Below, piece by piece: positions 57,574-64,000 of a stretch of DNA of 64,000 nucleotides; the first letter of the stretch is position 1, and each line of letters begins with the position of its first letter. Under the pieces are notes generated by a model. It did no database searches. It was not told the DNA's origin and was given only the letters and a program-made list of their open reading frames with translations. The stretch comes from Eukaryota sp. TZLM1-RC (lineage: Eukaryota > Protista > Metamonada: BaSk clade), in NCBI GenBank assembly GCA_040285825.1, contig JAUPSS010000003.1, positions 1,798,001 through 1,862,000 on the forward strand, in the 5' to 3' direction. Position numbers and translations under genes: made by a program.

Positions 57574-58748
57574 CACTCCGTTCAGGCAGGACTCATGGGG
57601 CTTCGTCATCCAACATATGTTGCTTTTGTACTGCATGTGATTCTGAAACGACTATCTATATGACTCACTTCCATGAACCCCTTGTTGCTCGATTACCAGC
57701 TAAATCAATAGTACCCGTCTCCTTTTCTTGTCCTAAATGCCAGGACTTTTTTCCTTCTATTTCTTCTTTAATCACCCATCTAGATCTCTGTTATACCACT
57801 TCTGATCCTGCCTTACTTCCAGCCCAATGTCTCATCATCAAATGTCTCCCTTGTGGAATGTCATTCCAGCTTAGTTCTGTCTCCCGTCATCTCTCCCAAT
57901 GTCCATCTTCCCTACTCACCACCCCTTCTACCAACACCTTACCCAGCGCCTCTCCACCTTCCAAAAAGCCTCGACTGGACAACAGGGTACAAGACAAGAC
58001 AGAGAATGGCAAGAAATTCTGTTGTTTTGTCCATTGCAAAGGTTCTTACACAAGGTCTGGCCTCATCCAACACATACGGGATGCCCATCCAGCACAGCTA
58101 TTATCAAGTGGTGGTACTGATGTTCCGAGTAACTTTACCCCATGTAAGGATAAGGTAGTTTGCGCACTCTGTACAGGGAAAGTATTGGTGGATAAACAAT
58201 TGGCCGTTGACCACATTGTTGATGTACATTTGTCAAGCAATTATGTACCTTTGATTGGTTCAAAAAAGAGTAAAAAACTGCCTAGAGCGGCGTTTTATCA
58301 ACGCTATCTTTGTAGATGTGGGTATTATGCTCATTTAGATGATGATATTACTCGTCACCAGTGCAAGTTGAAATGTCCTTATTGCTCCTTTCAATCTGCT
58401 GAAGTCGATCAGAATTTTGTTGATCACGTGACTAGAAATCACTCCCAAATGTGCATCAAAGAGGTGGTTAAACTTGACGTTCCAAAATCTATTGAGTCTT
58501 TCGTCAAATCTCAAGACTCTGGACCTTGTAAAAATCCGCTATTTAATTGTTCCCAGTGCTCCTTTTCTGCTAATATCCAGCAGTTGGTCACGCACCTTAT
58601 CAAGGATCACTCGGATGGTAAAGCTAAGTTGGTGTACCAGCAACCACCGCCTGCCTTCTCTTGTGTGTTGTGTAATCAGGCTCTCAAAGTGAAGAATGCT
58701 ACCGGGCTATTGGATCATTTCAAGTCGTTTCACAGAATGAGTGTTTAA
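57564..58748 (+). CDS. Multi-zinc-finger protein, paralog of 41688-44399
   Basis: CCFCTAC..SFSCPKC..KCLPCG..; ends HFKSFHRMSV versus HFKTFHRMSV; first ATG at 57564. Confidence 0.85.
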   Translation: MTMTLRSGRTHGASSSNICCFCTACDSETTIYMTHFHEPLVARLPAKSIVPVSFSCPKCQDFFPSISSLITHLDLCYTTSDPALLPAQCLIIKCLPCGMSFQLSSVSRHLSQCPSSLLTTPSTNTLPSASPPSKKPRLDNRVQDKTENGKKFCCFVHCKGSYTRSGLIQHIRDAHPAQLLSSGGTDVPSNFTPCKDKVVCALCTGKVLVDKQLAVDHIVDVHLSSNYVPLIGSKKSKKLPRAAFYQRYLCRCGYYAHLDDDITRHQCKLKCPYCSFQSAEVDQNFVDHVTRNHSQMCIKEVVKLDVPKSIESFVKSQDSGPCKNPLFNCSQCSFSANIQQLVTHLIKDHSDGKAKLVYQQPPPAFSCVLCNQALKVKNATGLLDHFKSFHRMSV

Positions 58749-59139
58749 TTTAGTTTAGTTTTATGTAATTTATTTATCTTTTTTTGTTGTTTTTTTGTTT
58801 TATTTACTGGATTTAGTTTTTAATTGCTAGTTTGTTTATTATTATAAATGGTATTTAAAGAGGTGTATTATCTTATTGATAATGTTGACATTATTACAGT
58901 TGTTTTCTTGGCACAATGAAATGGCGAAGGAGTTTGAGGCGAAATTATTCTGCATGATAAACAAATTGTAATAAGTATGTAAACATTTTGAGCAAAATTT
59001 GGTCGCAAAACACAACAGCGTGGTGGATAAAATGTAGTCACAACTTCCAATGGAATGTTAAATGTTGATGATTATTCAGCATTATTTTTAGTATTGATCT
59101 CGACAAATATTATTTACCAAACTTACGATTCTTAACAAA

Positions 59140-59950
59140 ATAAACTCATAACTAATGGGACGAAATTCATTAAACCAAGATTTCCTCTACAAAATCTTGA
59201 TCTGCTTGCTGTCTAGCTAAAGCTTCTCTCATTCGATTGAAAAACCGACTTAATCTATTAATAATGGCAAATTGAATTTGAGAGCGTCACAGAAATATCA
59301 AATCTTTTCATTATTTTTTCTTGAACCATTTTATGGAAATCATTCACAACAGATCCTGTTTCTACTGATATTCTTCTGTTTAAAGAAAATGGGAAAACAA
59401 TATAAACCAGCTGTGTATTTCTATCAGCATTAGCCTCTTCGATAGCTTTGGCATATTTTCTATGTTTTTCTTTAGTTTTAAAATCAAGAGCACTCACAGG
59501 ATTAAGTTTTCTTCTGTGAACCAAAGTGTCATTTGCAACAATAGCTTCAGAGTTATCAATCCAATCACAGTGTATATCACCTCTATCATCAGAACCGAGA
59601 TTATTCAATGACAGTGTTTCCTTCAGCAGAGACTCTTTGATACACGAGATTCTTGCATTTCGTGCCATATTAAAAACAGTGTCTCCAACAGCATAAAGCA
59701 ATGAAGAACGATAAGTTATCAATTTCGAAAAATTCAGAGCATGAAGGCAAAGTGAGCTGTGGTGAATTCAAACAAATACATTGTTCTTTTAATAATAATT
59801 GATCAATGGGAATATTCAAATACAATCACATTTTTGCTACATACGCTTCATTATTAGCACACAGTTCAAATCTTCGTGGCACAATGGTCACAAACAGTGA
59901 AGAATCTGATGAATGATTCTCACAAACACCTTTTTCCAATAACAATGAGT
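59140..59950 (-). mobile_element. Diverged family B non-LTR copy
   Basis: ITYRSSL..SDDRGDIHCDW..KEKHRKY; 3' end VEEILV. Confidence 0.85.
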
Positions 59951-60120
59951 GGAAACTGATCTCGATTGGACTGAATATGTTTTGGACTGAATATGTCATA
60001 AGAATATGTTTTACTACTGTTGAAGGTTGTGGTTTCCTGTGAATCTGTCAAGTTTCTTAGTGGATTCAAATTGAGCATCACTTAACATAAGAGTTGCCTT
60101 TTTCAATAAATGAATGTTTT

Positions 60121-60228
60121 TGCTAGACAGCAAGCAGATCAAGATTTTGTAGAGGAAATCTTGGTTTCATGAGTTTCGTCTCCTTAATTATGAGTTTACT
60201 TTGATAAGTGTGCAAGATCAATAAATTA
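60121..60228 (+). mobile_element. Family B 3'-end fragment (about 110 bp)
   Basis: GCTAGACAGCAAGCAGATCAAGATTTTGTAGAGGAAATCTTGG..AAGTGTGCAAGATCAATAAA. Confidence 0.78.
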
Positions 60229-60258
60229 TTGAATTTTTGAGAATCATAGGTGAAATAT

Positions 60259-61515
60259 ATGGATATAGCATCCACACTCACACTTACTGTTGCCTATCAC
60301 GATGATACAAGTCCCATTAATGGAGCTGGTGATGATCACACTATTATTTCCTATTCCAACTTTACTCCTTCTTCACAATTAGCACATCCGTATACTAGGG
60401 ACGAACTCATATCCTCCGTTCTCTCGATTCTCAACGAAGAAGAACACGATCTCTATGCCCTTCATCCCCCTTTACATGCCCTCCAATCTGCTGCACGATT
60501 CTTTAAATCAAAAAAACTGTTTGCACACAACTATGTAGAATCGTGCCTTGTTCCGTTCACGGGTCCTTGTTCACCTAACAAATGGAGATGTTTTACCTCT
60601 GCAATCGAGCGAGCTCCCCAACACTTTCTCCCAGTCAACCAGCATTCCACTGCTATTAACCCCAATACCTCACTAGTGGAGTCCTGTTTCATCCTATCAA
60701 GGTCAACTAAATACGCCCATGTCACCTTCAACCCTAACCCTAACCCTAACTCTAACCCTAAGTCGTCCCCTGTGACCATTCCCATAGGTTGTCTGTACAC
60801 TTTTCCCCCTGATACATCCATTGCCGTTGGCCTTCCTAATACTAAGTGTCCATTTTATGGAGCTAGTGGTGATAAAAAGGGTTCACTTGACGACAAGGGG
60901 GTAAGTAAGTATTGGTATGGAAGGTTTAACTTGAGTTCTAGATTCGAGGAGGGCATAATGCTAGATCGACAAGCTTTATTCTCTCTGTGTCCAGAATCAG
61001 TGGCGTGCCACGTGGCAACACGTGTTCGTCACGTCATCGGAAACTCTACAGTTGTGGATTGCACTGCTGGAGGAGGTGGAAACGTCATACAGTTTGGTAA
61101 GGGAGGAAGTGTAATTGGTATTGATTTAGATGAAGTTAAAATTAAATGTACCCTTAATAACGCAAAAATTTACGAAATTGATCATAATGTTGATTTAATT
61201 CATGGAAATTGTTTACAAATTATACCAATTTTGAAAAGTATTTCTTGTATATATTTTAGTCCAGAATGGACAGGTCCTTCTTATACGGATTTAGCAGTTT
61301 TCCCTGCAAGTTGTTTTACACCATCTTTAATAGAAATAGCCAGAGTAATTAGGTTGCATAAGGTAAAAGTGGTGGTTGTGTGTTTTCCAAGGAATATTTC
61401 TGTTGCCACAGTTTTGGAATTTGGGAAATTAATTAATTGCATGGGTAAAATTGAAATGGAACAAAACATTCTTCGAGGCAAAATTAGCACGATACATGTT
61501 TATTATTGGTTTTGA
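60259..61515 (+). CDS. TGS1: Trimethylguanosine synthase (RNA cap hypermethylase)
   Basis: KYWYGRFNL..RFEEGIMLDRQALFSLCPESVA, VVDCTAGGGGNVIQF, IDLD, NNAKIY, SPEWTGPSY (canonical SPPWGGP). Confidence 0.88.
   Translation: MDIASTLTLTVAYHDDTSPINGAGDDHTIISYSNFTPSSQLAHPYTRDELISSVLSILNEEEHDLYALHPPLHALQSAARFFKSKKLFAHNYVESCLVPFTGPCSPNKWRCFTSAIERAPQHFLPVNQHSTAINPNTSLVESCFILSRSTKYAHVTFNPNPNPNSNPKSSPVTIPIGCLYTFPPDTSIAVGLPNTKCPFYGASGDKKGSLDDKGVSKYWYGRFNLSSRFEEGIMLDRQALFSLCPESVACHVATRVRHVIGNSTVVDCTAGGGGNVIQFGKGGSVIGIDLDEVKIKCTLNNAKIYEIDHNVDLIHGNCLQIIPILKSISCIYFSPEWTGPSYTDLAVFPASCFTPSLIEIARVIRLHKVKVVVVCFPRNISVATVLEFGKLINCMGKIEMEQNILRGKISTIHVYYWF
60732..60761 (+). repeat. (CCCTAA)5 telomere-like tract inside the TGS1 CDS (encodes PNPNPNSNP)
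   Basis: CCCTAA x3, CTCTAA, CCCTAA. Confidence 0.85.
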
Positions 61516-62202
61516 TAATTAATGTAATGTTTTTTCATTATTCTTTATTTTTCGTTTTTCGTTTTAAAATTCTTTCAATCACCCCTGAATATTTTTAGTT
61601 TTTAGTTTTTTATTTTGTTAGTTCTTGGGATTTTCTTTGCAATAAGAATTATTGTTTTTCAGTCTCATTCTTACTATTATTTTGTAATGATGATGTGTCC
61701 GTTACTCTCATTTGATTTTAATAAATTCTCTCTGACAGCTATTGTTTTTAGTAGCAGGTAATTATTTGCTTTTCGATAGTCTTGAGACATTATTGGGAAT
61801 GGTTGAAGAACTAAACACTAAAACTACAGCAACCAAGAACAAAAGACAAGGATAATTTGTTGTTAGTTGTCTTTTTAAACAAAGTATAGTTGTTGATAGT
61901 TTGTAAATGACAATTTATCAAATGATATCACAAGTAAGCTAATTCTATATTGCTGATGGTCAAGATTATACGTGAAACATCTTTGACTTGACAGATAACG
62001 ATTCAAACATCACTTTCTGAAAAGTGTATTGAATGTAAAGAACTTATGGCACTGAGTGCTTGGAACTATCATGGCATCATAGGTTACTCCAAGGAGTAAT
62101 CGAAAGTCACTTGCATCTGAAAAGGGAAAAAGCACCAATGTTGACTGGGTTTTCATATCAAGAAAAATAGAAACTTACAATCACTTCCATTTTTACGACA
62201 AC

Positions 62203-62732
62203 ATGTCGGAGTCGATAACACGAAACGAGACACCCCAGTTGGAGGCACAGAGTGACATCCAAGATGCTTTTATACCAGGGGAACCACAAAAAGTCTGTGG
62301 ACATCCCAAGTGTACCAATGCCGTTCCTCCTACCGCAACGTACAAAAATGGCGCTTGTAGTTCTCTTTGTAGGTTTGTTCCAATGATCTTTTTCACCATA
62401 GCAAACGGTTGTCTGATCTCACATATCGGAGGAAGACCCGCGAGGCACCACAACAGGGCGCCAGATCTTCTCCACGTATGAAGATTTCTGCTAAGCCCAC
62501 CATACCAATTCATAAACCTATACCCGTTCGGCCTAGATCTATGTATCATTCATTTTTGGGCTTTCAGAGAGCTCCTACATATCAACCACATGTGGCTATG
62601 CGTCCAAACCTTGATGCTTTTCTTATGCAACAACAAGTACCTTCGCACATGTCACAAATGTTTCATTGCCCGAATCTTCCCTTTCCAACACCACATGCGT
62701 TTGGTTCTGTGGGTTATGTTGCACCTTATTGA
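62203..62732 (+). CDS. Small putative Zn-finger (C-x4-C..CS-x2-C + basic helix) protein with Pro/Gln tail; exons 62203-62372, 62402-62732
   Basis: 29-nt intron GTTTGTT..CCATAG (62373-62401) joins the two ORFs: CGHPKC..GACSSLCSKRLSDLTYRRKTR. Confidence 0.78.
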
Positions 62733-63223
62733 CTCAATATTGTTATGACATTTATTAGTTTTTAGTATTTAATTTATTTAAGCTATTTGCTTACTGCATC
62801 TTTAAATTCCGCACTTTTTTTCTTTTTTCCAACTTCAACATTTTACTTGCTCTACTCTTCTTGAGATGTTGTTTTACAGACAGCTGTGGCTCATATTTGT
62901 TTAGAAAAAAGTTTTAAAACATTACTTTACAACAATTATTAATCTTTTCATAAACTAATCAATCAATTTGATGGCAGCGCGTTTGGACAACTGCAACAAT
63001 TTTTCACCCAAGTGTAAAGTCATGTTTCCGACCTTTTAACATTGAATCAAGACAAAAACAATCGTCAGAGAAGCATTGTGTTGGAGGTAATTAAACAACT
63101 ACTGGTAGATGTAAGTAACTTAAAGCTTCAATGCAATGGAAAATATTCAACAACAAACATCTCAATAAGAAAAACAGCTTGATAAAAAGTTATAAAATAT
63201 CCAACATACCAAAAGAATTTTAT

Positions 63224-63952
63224 TTACTGCCTTCGTCTACGTCCAAGTCGATAATCACCAATAGTGATAAACGCCACAGAGAACAGTCCATAAACAATGC
63301 TAGACACTGTTCGAATGAACAACTGATTGCTGATGAGTGGAGCAAATAGTGTAACTGAATTAGAAATAAAATGTGCAATAACCCCAGGAAGATAAGTCCC
63401 GGAATGCAGAGCAAATGCGGCTTGAGACCAGCTAAATGTTAGAATAGCAAATACTGCAGTAACTTTAGAATGATCCAATGCTATTGTATCTGAATGTGCC
63501 ATTAACTGAAGAGTGATCAACATGCCATAAACAGTTCTGTTAGACCAATACTTCTTGAGATAAAACACCACGACTCCTGTAAAGAAGAATTCTTCGCTGA
63601 TAGCAGGAAGTATAGCATTCTGGAATAGTTGAACAGGATCAATGTTTGATAGAGACACACATTTTGGACAAATGTGGTGGACAGCAGCGAGGGAGAGCAT
63701 AGGATAAAGTGAAAGAATTGTCCACATAAACGTAGGAATAAATCGAACTCGCAATCGTGGTATACTCAGGAATTTACGTAGAGCAAGACAGGCTGAAGGA
63801 ATTATTCCCAACATTAAAAGAGATTTAATTAGTAGTGAGAGATGTGGACCAAAGCTATCTGCATATAATGAGCCGAAAGCGTTGAGAAATGCATATGCTG
63901 TAAATATAGCATAAGTGATGATCAACGAATGAAGTGTCGTTAATATGTTCAT
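63224..63952 (-). CDS. CAAX protease-like (CPBP/Abi/Rce1 family) membrane protein
   Basis: PAISEEFFFTG, LMAH and VIAHFISN motifs; multiple TM helices. Confidence 0.82.
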   Translation of the reverse strand: MNILTTLHSLIITYAIFTAYAFLNAFGSLYADSFGPHLSLLIKSLLMLGIIPSACLALRKFLSIPRLRVRFIPTFMWTILSLYPMLSLAAVHHICPKCVSLSNIDPVQLFQNAILPAISEEFFFTGVVVFYLKKYWSNRTVYGMLITLQLMAHSDTIALDHSKVTAVFAILTFSWSQAAFALHSGTYLPGVIAHFISNSVTLFAPLISNQLFIRTVSSIVYGLFSVAFITIGDYRLGRRRRQ

Positions 63953-64000
63953 TGTGATAGATGTTGTCTATAATATGAATATGAATAGAGTGTGTTTTTC
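63948..64000 (-). promoter_or_regulatory. Upstream cassette family 1, copy d
   Basis: Sense strand: GAAAAACACACTCTATTCATATTCATATT ATAGA caaca TCTAT CACAATGAA; ATG 9 nt after the loop, as in copies a and b. Confidence 0.68.

Overview
AT-rich genomic DNA from a compact microbial eukaryote (standard genetic code; the organism cannot be named from sequence alone). About 18 host genes are present: SRSF7/RSZ-type SR protein, secreted integrin-beta-I-like vWA protein, START protein, small secreted aegerolysin-like protein, p23, TBC RabGAP, TMEM43-like, Dopey/DOP1, two paralogous Cys/His zinc-finger proteins, GT61-like, BPNT1/IMPase, C45 Ntn-hydrolase, TGS1, CAAX/CPBP protease and hypotheticals. Five have 28-31 nt introns, four with a GTTTGTT donor. 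Intergenic space is packed with mostly 5'-truncated RT+RLE (CRE-like) non-LTR retrotransposons of at least five families, several with 9-13 bp TSDs. One full-length chromodomain-bearing Ty3/Gypsy element (154 bp LTRs, 4 bp TSD) is nested in one of them. The most unusual signal is non-coding: two families of homologous upstream cassettes end at the start codon of unrelated genes. Family 1 (4 genes) is an AAAGGACAC box plus a hairpin that pairs with the AUG; family 2 (2 genes) is about 110 nt with a conserved stem-loop. Both show compensatory base-pair changes and G-U pairs on the sense strand, suggesting an undescribed 5'-leader RNA regulatory element or portable-promoter system.
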